Virus record (IMG/VR): IMGVR_UViG_3300033562_000225
Location: 1-64,000 of that record
Source: a virus
Length of the DNA: 64,000 bases
Strand: one strand, 5' to 3'
The translations under genes were made by a program, and so were the position numbers. The notes below the pieces were generated by a model. That model saw only the letters and a list, made by a program, of their open reading frames with translations. It was not told where the DNA came from and did no database searches. Position 1 is the stretch's first letter. Every line of letters starts with the position of its first letter. This document shows positions 34,918 to 44,532 of this stretch, in pieces.

Positions 34918-35020
34918 GAGTACTAGCGGTATAAACGTATTGGGTTACCAAGTTTTTACTGGTGAACCTTGAAGGTCGATAGGATGGTCTAGTACCCATT
35001 CTTTCGACCTTTTAAATTTT
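34918..35020 (+). promoter_or_regulatory. structured 5' leader RNA, copy A (hairpin whose loop pairs with the transcript 5' end)
   Basis: Hairpin 34972-35011 (about 15 bp, 8-nt loop tctagtac) followed by TTAAATTTT. Loop nt 34989-34995 are complementary to 34920-34926. The architecture is duplicated at 63327-63411 with compensatory changes. Confidence 0.55.
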
Positions 35021-35042
35021 ATTCACTCTTCATTCAAACAAC

Positions 35043-35735
35043 ATGACTGAATTTTTAGCAAACACAAAAGAGACCATGTCCAGCATGGACATCGCAGAGT
35101 TAACAGGTAAGCAGCATTCACACGTGTTACGGGACATCAAAGTACTATTAGATCAAGGTGTAGCCGAATCCAATTTTGGACTGGGTTCATACTCAGACGC
35201 TAACGGGCAGTCTAGGACTATGTATAATCTTACTAAGAAGGGTTGTTTAATCCTTGCTTCTGGATACGATGCAGTCCTCCGAGAAAAGATTATTGACCGT
35301 TGGGAAGTGTTGGAGACTAAGGAGACTGCTGCCCTTCCTAGCACCTATTTGGATGCCCTTAAATCGCTTGTTATTGCCGAAGAGCAGAAAGCCTTACTAT
35401 CACTTGAACTAGAGCAGCAGCGGCCTAAGATTGAATTTTATGATACGGTGACCGGTTCTTCTGATACCATCGACATGGCTAGTGTAGCCAAGGTACTGGA
35501 TATGGGGATAGGCCGTAACAATCTATTTGAACTGTTACGTAAAGAAAATATCCTTAGACGTAACAATGAGCCTTACCAGACTTATGTTGATAGAGGGTTT
35601 TTCCGTCAGATAGAAAGTAAGTTTACAATGGCCGATGGCAGCATACGAATCAGCATAAAAACTGTAGTGTATCAGAAGGGTGTGAGTATGATTAGGGAAT
35701 TACTCACTAAGAAAGGTTTCAAACCCGCTAAATAA
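35043..35735 (+). CDS. Rha-family regulator with KilAC/antirepressor C-terminal domain
   Basis: The N-terminus MSSMDIAELTGKQHSHVLRDI is Rha-like. The C-terminus PKIEFYDTVTGSSDTIDMASVAKVLDMGIGRNNLFELLRKENILRRNNEPYQTYVDRGFF is KilAC/ANT-like. Confidence 0.7.
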   Translation: MTEFLANTKETMSSMDIAELTGKQHSHVLRDIKVLLDQGVAESNFGLGSYSDANGQSRTMYNLTKKGCLILASGYDAVLREKIIDRWEVLETKETAALPSTYLDALKSLVIAEEQKALLSLELEQQRPKIEFYDTVTGSSDTIDMASVAKVLDMGIGRNNLFELLRKENILRRNNEPYQTYVDRGFFRQIESKFTMADGSIRISIKTVVYQKGVSMIRELLTKKGFKPAK

Positions 35736-35806
35736 TTTTCACTTGGCTATTGTTTATTTGGTTACTTTGCCTATCTTTGTGGTATAAATAATTTCAAGCA
35801 GTATTA

Positions 35807-35995
35807 ATGGCAAGAATAGGTGTAGAAATCAGTGATAGACTCAAAGATGCTTTTGCTGAAAAATGCGAAAGGTTGGGAGTATCCATGTCTGAGGCCATTA
35901 CAGACTTTGTTTGTAAAGTTACCGGCCTAGAAGCAGATGAAAAGAAAAAGGTTGGTAGAAAGCCTTTAAACAATGGACAAGTACCGAAGGTTTAA
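35807..35995 (+). CDS. ribbon-helix-helix (CopG/Arc-like) protein
   Basis: MARIGVEISDRLKDAFAEKCERLGVSMSEAITDFV fits the beta-strand, helix, helix RHH pattern. Confidence 0.55.
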   Translation: MARIGVEISDRLKDAFAEKCERLGVSMSEAITDFVCKVTGLEADEKKKVGRKPLNNGQVPKV

Positions 35996-36209
35996 AGTAG
36001 AAGGAAAAGAAAACATCGATGCCATAGCGGACATCTTGGAAGGGCAGTCAGGAGATGGCCCCGTACAACCGCTAATGGATTTAGTAAACGAGTTTAGGAT
36101 GCGTCCTACTCCGGCAACTAAACTTCTAATCGATCAATGGCTGACCCAGATTGCTACCTACATAGAGCACTACCGTGCACACATGGATGAGCGGTTGAAG
36201 ATTAAATAA
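35973..36209 (+). CDS. hypothetical protein
   Basis: ORF track. 23-nt overlap with the RHH gene. Confidence 0.45.
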   Translation: MDKYRRFKVEGKENIDAIADILEGQSGDGPVQPLMDLVNEFRMRPTPATKLLIDQWLTQIATYIEHYRAHMDERLKIK

Positions 36210-36274
36210 ATCTTTGACCGCTTGTTTTATATGCTAAAATTTGTTAACTTGCAACAAATAAACATTTAGCAGAC

Positions 36275-36910
36275 ATGGGCAAAATTGATGTAACATCAGG
36301 CACTACCGCTGGACTTGGTTCAGGGATTATTGCTATACGTCCCTCCGGGATGGCTCCACAACCAGCCGCAGTAACTGTTACACCTAATGCAGGTGCTACG
36401 GATGCTGACTACGTTATTTCTAGTGAAAGTTGGCAGTATGCAGTATCCCACATAGCTAATGGTGGTGAGACAGTTGCAACTAAGCCAGCCGCAGTAACCG
36501 TTCCTACCAGACGCAAGAAAGTAGTTATTGACTTTACCGACGTACCGGCTGGAACTACTGTCAGAATTTATCGCAAGAAAGCTGCTGACCCTATTTTCAC
36601 CGAGTTCACCGATAGCGCCTCATTGACCAGCTTCACCGACGATGGTTCTCAGACCTGGACTAAAACACTAGAGCAGCCTAAAGAAATTGGCGCTGTTGCT
36701 AGGGATTATGCCGCTCTGAAAAAAGGTGATAATTTCAGTATTGAGAAAAGACTACTTGCTGACGGTAACTGGCAATTGGCCTATCGTATCAACGAGACTG
36801 AAAATAGAGCAGTAGGATTTATCACTCTGACGGAGGTGGCTAACCAGGCTACTTGGGTAAATACATCCGCCGGGGCTGACATCGCTATTGCAGCCATCTT
36901 AGCCTATTAA
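36275..36910 (+). CDS. hypothetical protein immediately upstream of large terminase
   Basis: The position is that of a small terminase, but the sequence (repeated AAVTV(T/P), beta-rich) gives no support for that role. Confidence 0.45.
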   Translation: MGKIDVTSGTTAGLGSGIIAIRPSGMAPQPAAVTVTPNAGATDADYVISSESWQYAVSHIANGGETVATKPAAVTVPTRRKKVVIDFTDVPAGTTVRIYRKKAADPIFTEFTDSASLTSFTDDGSQTWTKTLEQPKEIGAVARDYAALKKGDNFSIEKRLLADGNWQLAYRINETENRAVGFITLTEVANQATWVNTSAGADIAIAAILAY

Positions 36911-36911
36911 T

Positions 36912-39125
36912 ATGGTAGGGATACGTACACTCCTTACCCGATATATGTCCGGGGAGACTCTATCCAACGAGGATATGCAGTCTCTTCAAGGCAGTGGTAC
37001 GTTAACCCCATTCGAGCATAAGGTAAGAGAGCACAGCATGAATAGGCAGCCTGATACTAAGGCTGCCTCATCTGTGTCTAAGCGAAAAAAAGATATAGCC
37101 AAGCAGTTAGAAAACGAGGTGAAAACCTTTGATTGGAAACCGTCCAGCATACTCCATCACGACAAGTTATTCGTGCAGTGGATAAACAGCATGCTGTATG
37201 GTTCGTTCAAAGATGCCTATACCTACAAGTTATACGATCTTTACAAGTTACAGGCTGAGAACTGGCTCCTAGATAAAACCACCATAGCCGACTTCGGTTC
37301 CCTTGAAGAGCGTACCGCATGGGTGCTTGAAGAATGGGACAAGTGCCGAGATAACACCCTTTATGCATGCTGTAAGTACGGTTACCTACATGAAGGTTCA
37401 GATGAGTCAGGCCGTCGTAAGGTACGCCCATACGAGCATCAAAAAGTACTTCTTTACCTATTCGATTGTGGTTATTCCTACATGCTAGGTAAAGGCCGAC
37501 AGATTGGCTCTACTTCCATTATTGGGATGGCTGCTCTGTTCAAGACTCTATTAAATCGAAACTACTATATAAAGTTCATCACCGAGGATACTAATACCGG
37601 TGAGGAAATCTTTGTAGACAAAATAAAATACCCTTTCAACGAGTTGCCTTCATTCTTCCGGGTGAATGTGAAATCTGATGCTGCTTCCAAGTTCTGGCTA
37701 TCCAGTAACAAGGGAAAAGGTAATAGAGGTTTCCCAAACTCTCGTATAGACATGACGGCCCCGTCCCCTACGGCTGCCAACGGTGGATCGCCCCAGCTAA
37801 TCCTAGTAGATGAGATCGGTACCATCCCGGTGCTTGGTGATATGATCCGAGAGGTTCGCCCTACTTTGTACTGGAAGAATCCTAAGACAGGAGTCTTCGA
37901 GTTTAAGCGTCAGATGGTCATGTGGGGGACCAGCGGTAAAATGGATAAGGGTAAAGGAGACTATCTGAAAGAATGGTCTACTGTACTTTCTGCATGGGAA
38001 GACGGAGACTTCTCCCACGGTATTGTTCCCCTATTCTTTGACTGGTCCACACGTGTAACCGCCGAGGAATATGAAAGAGAAAAGAAGTTCTACTATGGTG
38101 GAAAGAGGGCTCATGACTTAGGGCTAGACCTAGAGACTTCCAAGATACAGTTTCACCAGCACTATCCTACCCGATGGGAGGATATGTTTGTGACCACATT
38201 GAATACGCTTATTGGCCGCGATAAAATATCTCAAGGTCTAAATGTATGCCGGAACCTACCCGAGGCTGAAAGACCTCAATGGGGTTACTTCGAACCTATA
38301 TATGATTTGAGTAAACCCTGTAGTCATGGTGACTCTCCTTACAAGATAATAGGAGCAACCTTTATGCCTGTGGATGATGATGATCGAGTGGCCTTGGCTA
38401 CGACCTTAGTTCGCGTCCCTCCGGTGCCAGGCTGGAAAAATAGGTATTACAAGGGAACCGACCCTATATCAGCAGCTACTGGTAAGTCTAAATTCAGTTC
38501 CACCGTTTACGATGCGGTTACCGACGAACCATGCGCTTTACAGAACTCTCGTACCGATAAGAACCAGCAGTATGACTTCTTGCAGTCTATGCTACTGAAC
38601 TTGTACTATGATACGATTGGAGGCCTTGCTACCCGTGGTATTCCGGAACTTGTAGAGAGCAACATCGGTCAGGGGTACATAGACTACGTGACGGATAAAG
38701 GATTTGACTACTTCGTCTACAACGCGGAACTACCCATACTTTTACAAGGTGGTACACATATTGGGATTGATAATAAATCAGGTACCCGTAATCCTAATAT
38801 CATTGCTGCCTTGCAGAATTACGTTAGGGATTATTGGAGTAAGATAAAGATGGAGCTCTACTGGATACAGATGGAAACATTCGTACAAGTAGTGGGAAAT
38901 AACGGGGCTTCTATATGGGGACCACAGAATAAAAAGACCCATTGGGATGATACGCTGTTTGGTCTAGTTTATGCCCGTATTTGTCGCCTAGCCTTCATGG
39001 ATAGAACGCCAGAGGAGCAATCCTTCCAGCATTCAAATAGAGTGGTAAAATTCAAGTTAAAGCGTAATGCTGACTTGACCCTTACCCGAGAGAGAGTAGT
39101 AGAAACCTATACCTATACAGAATAG
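36912..39125 (+). CDS. terL: terminase large subunit
   Basis: Walker A-like LGKGRQIGSTS, Walker B QLILVDEIG, and nuclease-region YYKGTDPISAATGKS. The size and the position upstream of the portal also fit. Confidence 0.75.
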   Translation: MVGIRTLLTRYMSGETLSNEDMQSLQGSGTLTPFEHKVREHSMNRQPDTKAASSVSKRKKDIAKQLENEVKTFDWKPSSILHHDKLFVQWINSMLYGSFKDAYTYKLYDLYKLQAENWLLDKTTIADFGSLEERTAWVLEEWDKCRDNTLYACCKYGYLHEGSDESGRRKVRPYEHQKVLLYLFDCGYSYMLGKGRQIGSTSIIGMAALFKTLLNRNYYIKFITEDTNTGEEIFVDKIKYPFNELPSFFRVNVKSDAASKFWLSSNKGKGNRGFPNSRIDMTAPSPTAANGGSPQLILVDEIGTIPVLGDMIREVRPTLYWKNPKTGVFEFKRQMVMWGTSGKMDKGKGDYLKEWSTVLSAWEDGDFSHGIVPLFFDWSTRVTAEEYEREKKFYYGGKRAHDLGLDLETSKIQFHQHYPTRWEDMFVTTLNTLIGRDKISQGLNVCRNLPEAERPQWGYFEPIYDLSKPCSHGDSPYKIIGATFMPVDDDDRVALATTLVRVPPVPGWKNRYYKGTDPISAATGKSKFSSTVYDAVTDEPCALQNSRTDKNQQYDFLQSMLLNLYYDTIGGLATRGIPELVESNIGQGYIDYVTDKGFDYFVYNAELPILLQGGTHIGIDNKSGTRNPNIIAALQNYVRDYWSKIKMELYWIQMETFVQVVGNNGASIWGPQNKKTHWDDTLFGLVYARICRLAFMDRTPEEQSFQHSNRVVKFKLKRNADLTLTRERVVETYTYTE

Positions 39126-39126
39126 C

Positions 39127-39714
39127 ATGGCCTATACAATGTACGACCCAAGGCTTTGTCAGAACAATAACCAGTACAAGGCCAAGTATCCTCACCTGAA
39201 AGAGTATTCGGAGTTAGATAAGCTATCTCCTGACTGGTTGGTATTCTGCTGGTGGTTTGCCTGTAAAGCAAGCCCCTTGGTGGTGACTCCTATGGGTCAT
39301 CTAAAGCGTATTGAACTAGCCTTACACAAGTCTACCCTTATCCGGAAGAGTGAGGAAACAGAAATACAATCGGCTCTTAACGGGCAGTTCCCCGACGATG
39401 TAAAGCAAGCCATAGATGTATTTGCATCCTTCGACGTAGACCTACATATCGAGGCTTACAAAATGGCTGTAGATATGTTTGAGGGTATGAAGGAGTCATG
39501 TAAAAAGGAGAACTATACTACCGGTGAAGGAGATACTAGCATATTTGACAGGGACTCCTATATGAAATCTGTCAGTTCGGTTAGTAAGATGATGCCGGAC
39601 GTAGTAAAGCAAATTGAAAACACCTATGGGGTAAAGGAGATAGATGAATCTATGATGAGTCTAGGAGCCGACCAAATAGCAGAAATGTTTTTCACCAACA
39701 AAAGAAATAACTAA
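39127..39714 (+). CDS. hypothetical protein
   Basis: ORF track. Lies between terminase and portal. Confidence 0.5.
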   Translation: MAYTMYDPRLCQNNNQYKAKYPHLKEYSELDKLSPDWLVFCWWFACKASPLVVTPMGHLKRIELALHKSTLIRKSEETEIQSALNGQFPDDVKQAIDVFASFDVDLHIEAYKMAVDMFEGMKESCKKENYTTGEGDTSIFDRDSYMKSVSSVSKMMPDVVKQIENTYGVKEIDESMMSLGADQIAEMFFTNKRNN

Positions 39715-39720
39715 TCAGCC

Positions 39721-41919
39721 ATGATACTAGTTTACGGAGGACTACAACCAAGTCGCTTAACACCGGAAATAGAGAAGAACGAAGATTACCACTTACGTTT
39801 CGGGCGTTTCACAGCCGACTCGTGTAATACTTCTGAACTACGAAGCCGACTAGATAGATATGAGCTCAACTCATCCTTTTACATGGGTAACCAATGGATG
39901 ATGGCTGAGGACAGGGACGCGTTCTTTATGGATGAAGAAGGTCGAGACCTAGGCCGTATCAAGACCATTAGAAATTACATTCAACCAATGGTAGAGCAGT
40001 ATCGCGGTACTGCTGCTAGAATGGCCTTTAGATACAAGGTACAGGGAACTTCCCCGTCGGTCATATCTCGACGTGAAGAAATGCTCAACCGGTTACTTAT
40101 CTATAACGACATAGGTGAGTACAATCCCGAGTTGATGGATAGGTTCCGAGAAGAGTTCCCGATGATTGGCCGGACAGCTCAGGATACCGTGGCTATGTTT
40201 GATAACCTTTATGTAGATGAGTACATGAAGGACATGAATAGGTTACTAGATAGGGCTTTCAAATACAATAATATTCAAGGCACCCTAATGCAGAAGGCTA
40301 TTGACGTAGCCTTGGCCGGTATATGCATCGAGCATCCACACCCTTATAACGGGGAGTACTTATTCGAGCGTGTAGCCCCGGATAGATTTGCTTTTGATAA
40401 TACAGCCAAACTCCCAGACCTATCCGATTCTCAGTACTTCACCATTTGGGAAGACATGATGCCTACCTCTATTTACGAGAGGTACCCAAGTGTAAGTGCT
40501 GAGCATAGAAAGGCCATAGAGAAGTTTGTAACCACAGGACCTGCCCGGATGTATCAGGGAAGCGTACCATCATTGAATAGACCCCTTGTATATACGACCT
40601 ACTGGCGAGATACCTGCCCACAGGAATACGCGTACGTAGTAGATGAGTTTCAGTTAACCTCTCTATGTCGCATTAACTTTGTGGAGAACGGAGAGGCTCC
40701 TAAGTACACATACAGCGACGTACTTCCTATGAGTAAGTTATCCGACGGACAAAAGGATATACTTAAGAAGCGTAGGCATATAGATGGAGTAATGACTATC
40801 TACACGGATATTTGGAGGTTCTGTACGTTCATTCCAACAGAGGAACTACCCAACCCTGACAAAAAAGATAAGTCCCTTCCTGACCTAGTTCTTGACTATG
40901 GTGTTATGCCTTACCAAGAACCAGATGCTTTTGTCCCCACCAACATGAAGCCACCTATCAAATGTGGTACCTGGTCTTATGTGAACGGTGAGGTACTTTC
41001 CCCCGTGGATGTAGCGATTAATCCTCAACGTATGATTAACCGTTTCGAGTCCATCATGGAGCAGCATATCAACTCGGCTGGCGGTAGCGGGCCTATCCTC
41101 GACGGTGATGCGCTGGGAACAGTTCCCGAGGCTGAGGCTATAGGTACCATGAAGCGAGGGGATCCGTTAATAGTTCACGGCAAACGAATGGGGGTTAATA
41201 ATATTGTAGGCCGGTATGATGCTGGTATAACCAGTTCGGCCACGGTATTTGCTAACCTGATGGATAGCTATAAAGTCCTTATGGAGGAGACTACTGGTGT
41301 GAATGCTCAGTTAAAAGGGGCAGTTAATCCGGATCAGCTAGTAGGGGCTATGCAGATGGCTATGCAGCAAGGCTCAGTTATTCAGGAACCATTTTACCAG
41401 GCTATCCACATGTGTATTCAAGGATTGGCTCAGGCGACTGTAACCTCTGGCAAGCGCATGTATATCGACCAAGACCGGGTATTTATGGACTTCTCTAACA
41501 TAGTAGGGTCGGACGGTGTCGAGGTCTTATCCTTATCCGCTGATTTGCGTAATGAAGACTTCCGTGCTTTCGTGGAAAGAACTGCTGATGCAGCCTCTGA
41601 ACGCCAAGAAGTAGATCAGTTGATCCTAGTCTACAAGCAGTATGGTATGCTTGACCCAATACGTGCCAATATGTTTACTGGACGGGCCACTAAGAGCGAA
41701 CTATTAGGAGGCCTTGCTGATTACGCTAAGGAGATGATAATACTACAGAAGCAACAACAAGAGGCTGCTGCTAATGAAGCCCAAGCACAACAGCAACAAA
41801 TGGCTGATATGGCTGTATCCGCTAAGGAAGAGCAGACCCGTAAAGAAGGCATGGAGCAGGAAAATAAAGATCTTGACAGAGCAGTTAAAGTACTTCCTGT
41901 ACTCCAAGGGCAAAAGTAA
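39721..41919 (+). CDS. portal protein (by position and size)
   Basis: 732 aa, downstream of terL and upstream of scaffold/capsid. Q/A/E-rich C-terminal tail. Confidence 0.6.
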   Translation: MILVYGGLQPSRLTPEIEKNEDYHLRFGRFTADSCNTSELRSRLDRYELNSSFYMGNQWMMAEDRDAFFMDEEGRDLGRIKTIRNYIQPMVEQYRGTAARMAFRYKVQGTSPSVISRREEMLNRLLIYNDIGEYNPELMDRFREEFPMIGRTAQDTVAMFDNLYVDEYMKDMNRLLDRAFKYNNIQGTLMQKAIDVALAGICIEHPHPYNGEYLFERVAPDRFAFDNTAKLPDLSDSQYFTIWEDMMPTSIYERYPSVSAEHRKAIEKFVTTGPARMYQGSVPSLNRPLVYTTYWRDTCPQEYAYVVDEFQLTSLCRINFVENGEAPKYTYSDVLPMSKLSDGQKDILKKRRHIDGVMTIYTDIWRFCTFIPTEELPNPDKKDKSLPDLVLDYGVMPYQEPDAFVPTNMKPPIKCGTWSYVNGEVLSPVDVAINPQRMINRFESIMEQHINSAGGSGPILDGDALGTVPEAEAIGTMKRGDPLIVHGKRMGVNNIVGRYDAGITSSATVFANLMDSYKVLMEETTGVNAQLKGAVNPDQLVGAMQMAMQQGSVIQEPFYQAIHMCIQGLAQATVTSGKRMYIDQDRVFMDFSNIVGSDGVEVLSLSADLRNEDFRAFVERTADAASERQEVDQLILVYKQYGMLDPIRANMFTGRATKSELLGGLADYAKEMIILQKQQQEAAANEAQAQQQQMADMAVSAKEEQTRKEGMEQENKDLDRAVKVLPVLQGQK

Positions 41920-41992
41920 TGTTAAAGTTTTCTGTTAAGTACTTGTAATTAAGCAAAAATTGTATTAATTTAACACCCAAATAAGAAGAGCC

Positions 41993-43174
41993 ATGGACTT
42001 AGACCAAAAAACCTTAGAAAACCTTCAGGCGGTTAAAACAGAATCCCCTGAACGATACCAAGAAATGCTGAATAAGTTAAACATAGCCGATCCATTTGCT
42101 GCTCCTGCTACTCAACAAGTAGCCCAGCAAACCCCTGTTGACACCTCGGCCCCGGCCGGTACGGTTCCACCTGTGCAAGGGGTTGCCCCTGTAGCGGTTC
42201 CAGGAGTACCAGCAGCCCTCAGTCCCTTGGAAGAGGCAGCTAAGGATAACCCTTTCCTGGCTTCTTTTGTTCCAGGAGCGACCACTAACTCAGTGGATAT
42301 ATTCGATTACTACACCACTAAGACCGGCGTAGTATTGACTCCTGAGGAACGTACCCCCGCTAAGTTAGCAGAGGTTATTGATGGTTATGCCAGCCTTACT
42401 GAGCAGCGTTCAGAAATGGTTAAGGCCACCACCAACTACCAAATGATTAATGATAACCTATCGGCTCTTCCGGTAAGTTTCCAAAACATCATTGCCTCTG
42501 TTCTACAAAACCCTTCTGAGGAGCATGTAGAATCTTTGCTTAGAGGGTATGTTGAGCAGCGTTCTGTTGACTTTAGTAAGCCTTTCGAGAAGCACGATCA
42601 GCTGGCTATGATTAACAAGTTTGTTGCTGATACTCCTATGGAAAGCCTAGAAGGTCTTTCAGACGGTGCTATTCGAAACTTGACCAATGCGGCTAAGTCT
42701 ATCTATATCTCGAAGCAGTCAGAGTTGAACAGTCAACAAGGAGTGTCTCCTACTGCTCTTCTCACTGAGCGAACCACTAAGTTCAATACTTCTGTAGATT
42801 CGTCGGTAGCCGAACTAGATAAGCTAGGTAACCTGCTATCAAGTGCTCAGAAGCGTGAGATAGCAACTACCATGTATGCTAGAGGTAACGGTTCGTTATT
42901 CAACCAGGATGGTACCTATACACCCGATGCCGCTATTCAGATGGCTTGGGCCAAATATGGTAAAAACTGGCTAGAGCAAACCACACTACAGGCAAAACAG
43001 GCCGTAGATATAGCCTACCGAAAAGGTGCCGAAGACGCTGTAACTAAAGGATTATTCCCATATGGAGATCAGGTTCCTAGACCTATGGGGGCAGCAACTC
43101 CGGTTGTTACTCAAAATAGAGAGCAGGCTAGGGCCGAAGCTGCCAAAAGACTAGGCCTAAATGCAAACAACTAA
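41993..43174 (+). CDS. scaffolding protein candidate
   Basis: Lies immediately upstream of the capsid gene. P/A/Q-rich N-terminus and helical remainder. Confidence 0.45.
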   Translation: MDLDQKTLENLQAVKTESPERYQEMLNKLNIADPFAAPATQQVAQQTPVDTSAPAGTVPPVQGVAPVAVPGVPAALSPLEEAAKDNPFLASFVPGATTNSVDIFDYYTTKTGVVLTPEERTPAKLAEVIDGYASLTEQRSEMVKATTNYQMINDNLSALPVSFQNIIASVLQNPSEEHVESLLRGYVEQRSVDFSKPFEKHDQLAMINKFVADTPMESLEGLSDGAIRNLTNAAKSIYISKQSELNSQQGVSPTALLTERTTKFNTSVDSSVAELDKLGNLLSSAQKREIATTMYARGNGSLFNQDGTYTPDAAIQMAWAKYGKNWLEQTTLQAKQAVDIAYRKGAEDAVTKGLFPYGDQVPRPMGAATPVVTQNREQARAEAAKRLGLNANN

Positions 43175-43186
43175 TAATTAAACACA

Positions 43187-44479
43187 ATGGCAGGAGAAAA
43201 TGTCTCTTATGTGGTAACCCCAAATGCTTTGCAGATGGATAAGCCACAGACCTATCCAGCCTCTAACCTCAATCCATTAGGATCCCAGTATGCGGCAGCT
43301 CAAGGCTACGATACTACTGATATGATCCAGCAGGAGATGGAGCGTATCATCATCGATACGATCCCTCAGAGGTACAAGATGGGTCTAACAATGTTCTTAG
43401 ACAGACCAATTCTGGATAAGAATCTTGATGAATTTACCTGGAAAGAACGGGTTTACGGGCGTATGCCTATCAAGTCTTCTGGTGTTGTTGCCGGAGGTGC
43501 TACCCAATCTGTTCCTCTAGTTGCTGGTGGAGGCAAACTTGTTACCCTTAACAAGATGCTCATCTATCCATCGGGAGCCAAAGGTATTGTTTCGGCTATC
43601 AACGCCGACACTATCACCGTTACTGCTCAATCCGGAGGTACTCTTCCTGCGCTAGCAGCCAATGACTACTTACAGGTTATGGCTGGTCTTATTGGGGATG
43701 GTGGTAATATGGCCTACCACTTCGACCGTACCACTACGATCACTCGCAGGAACTATATTCAGTTCATGGAGCGTAATAAGGAATGGTCTCGTTTGGAAAA
43801 GACTAAGTGGGAAAACGCCGGTACTACCAACATCATGGATATTGAGAAGACCACTATGCGCGAACTCCTCATGGAGGATATGTTTGTGGCTATGTGGAAC
43901 TCTACCATGGGTGAGTTTCCTATCACTACTCCTACAGGGGTTGTTCAGAGTAAGGCTAAAACCACCATGGGTATTTACCCATTCTTGGTGTCTGCCGGTG
44001 CTAAGCATGCTACTTCTACTGCCATCACTTTTGCTGATGACTTTGCTGACCTAGCCTTCTCTACCAACTCTAAGGCAGCCAGTGTGACTCGCTTTATCTT
44101 CGGTACTCCTGAGCTTCTATTCAAGTTGGACAAAGTGCTCAAGAATCCTATTCGCTACACTCCTGCCGATAAGGCTTACGACATGAATCTGAATCAGTAC
44201 GATATCGGTGATATGAAGTTTGTGAAGGTGCCTATCTCTGTATTCGGAGAAAAGGGTTTATTCCCTTCTGGATGGGGTAACAGAATTTTCTGTATCGACA
44301 TGGATAACATTTTCATCGCTAAGATGAAAGGTTATAGCCTATTCGAAATGGGAGAGACCCAATGGAAAAAGGACGGTGGTACCCTCGAAGACTACAAGAA
44401 GTACTGGCTAACCACCAATATCGGACTTGAGTTCCGAGATGTGATGGGCTCATTTTACATGGACCTACAAGGAATGTAA
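43187..44479 (+). CDS. major capsid protein (by position)
   Basis: 430 aa, after the scaffold-like gene and followed by a strong terminator, as is typical for highly expressed capsid genes. Confidence 0.6.
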   Translation: MAGENVSYVVTPNALQMDKPQTYPASNLNPLGSQYAAAQGYDTTDMIQQEMERIIIDTIPQRYKMGLTMFLDRPILDKNLDEFTWKERVYGRMPIKSSGVVAGGATQSVPLVAGGGKLVTLNKMLIYPSGAKGIVSAINADTITVTAQSGGTLPALAANDYLQVMAGLIGDGGNMAYHFDRTTTITRRNYIQFMERNKEWSRLEKTKWENAGTTNIMDIEKTTMRELLMEDMFVAMWNSTMGEFPITTPTGVVQSKAKTTMGIYPFLVSAGAKHATSTAITFADDFADLAFSTNSKAASVTRFIFGTPELLFKLDKVLKNPIRYTPADKAYDMNLNQYDIGDMKFVKVPISVFGEKGLFPSGWGNRIFCIDMDNIFIAKMKGYSLFEMGETQWKKDGGTLEDYKKYWLTTNIGLEFRDVMGSFYMDLQGM

Positions 44480-44484
44480 TTCAT

Positions 44485-44516
44485 AGGGAGAGGGTATAAC
44501 TCTCTCCCTTCTTTTC
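44485..44516 (+). terminator. intrinsic terminator after capsid gene
   Basis: Stem agggagag (44485-44492) / ctctccct (44502-44509), 9-nt loop, then TCTTTTC. Confidence 0.7.
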
Positions 44517-44532
44517 AAAATAAATCATAGCC

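Noticed and set aside
36213-36243. TTTG-N18-TAAAATTTG upstream of gene 36275, a possible internal late promoter.
   Set aside because: The -7 element has three rather than two spacer nucleotides (TAnnnTTTG), and the spacing differs from the five consistent sites. It is too weak to call.
43662-44054. A 130-aa alternative-frame plus-strand ORF and an overlapping 112-aa antisense ORF (43670..44008), both inside the capsid gene. Similar internal or antisense ORFs occur inside other large genes (for example 655..1050, 2725..3033, 4162..4515, 7586..7957, 49054..49389, 50800..51150, 57028..57378, 58642..59085).
   Set aside because: Each is fully embedded in a much longer ORF with clear protein-like sequence or motifs, and their translations are low-complexity (L/S/R/C-rich). 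I treat them as shadow ORFs.
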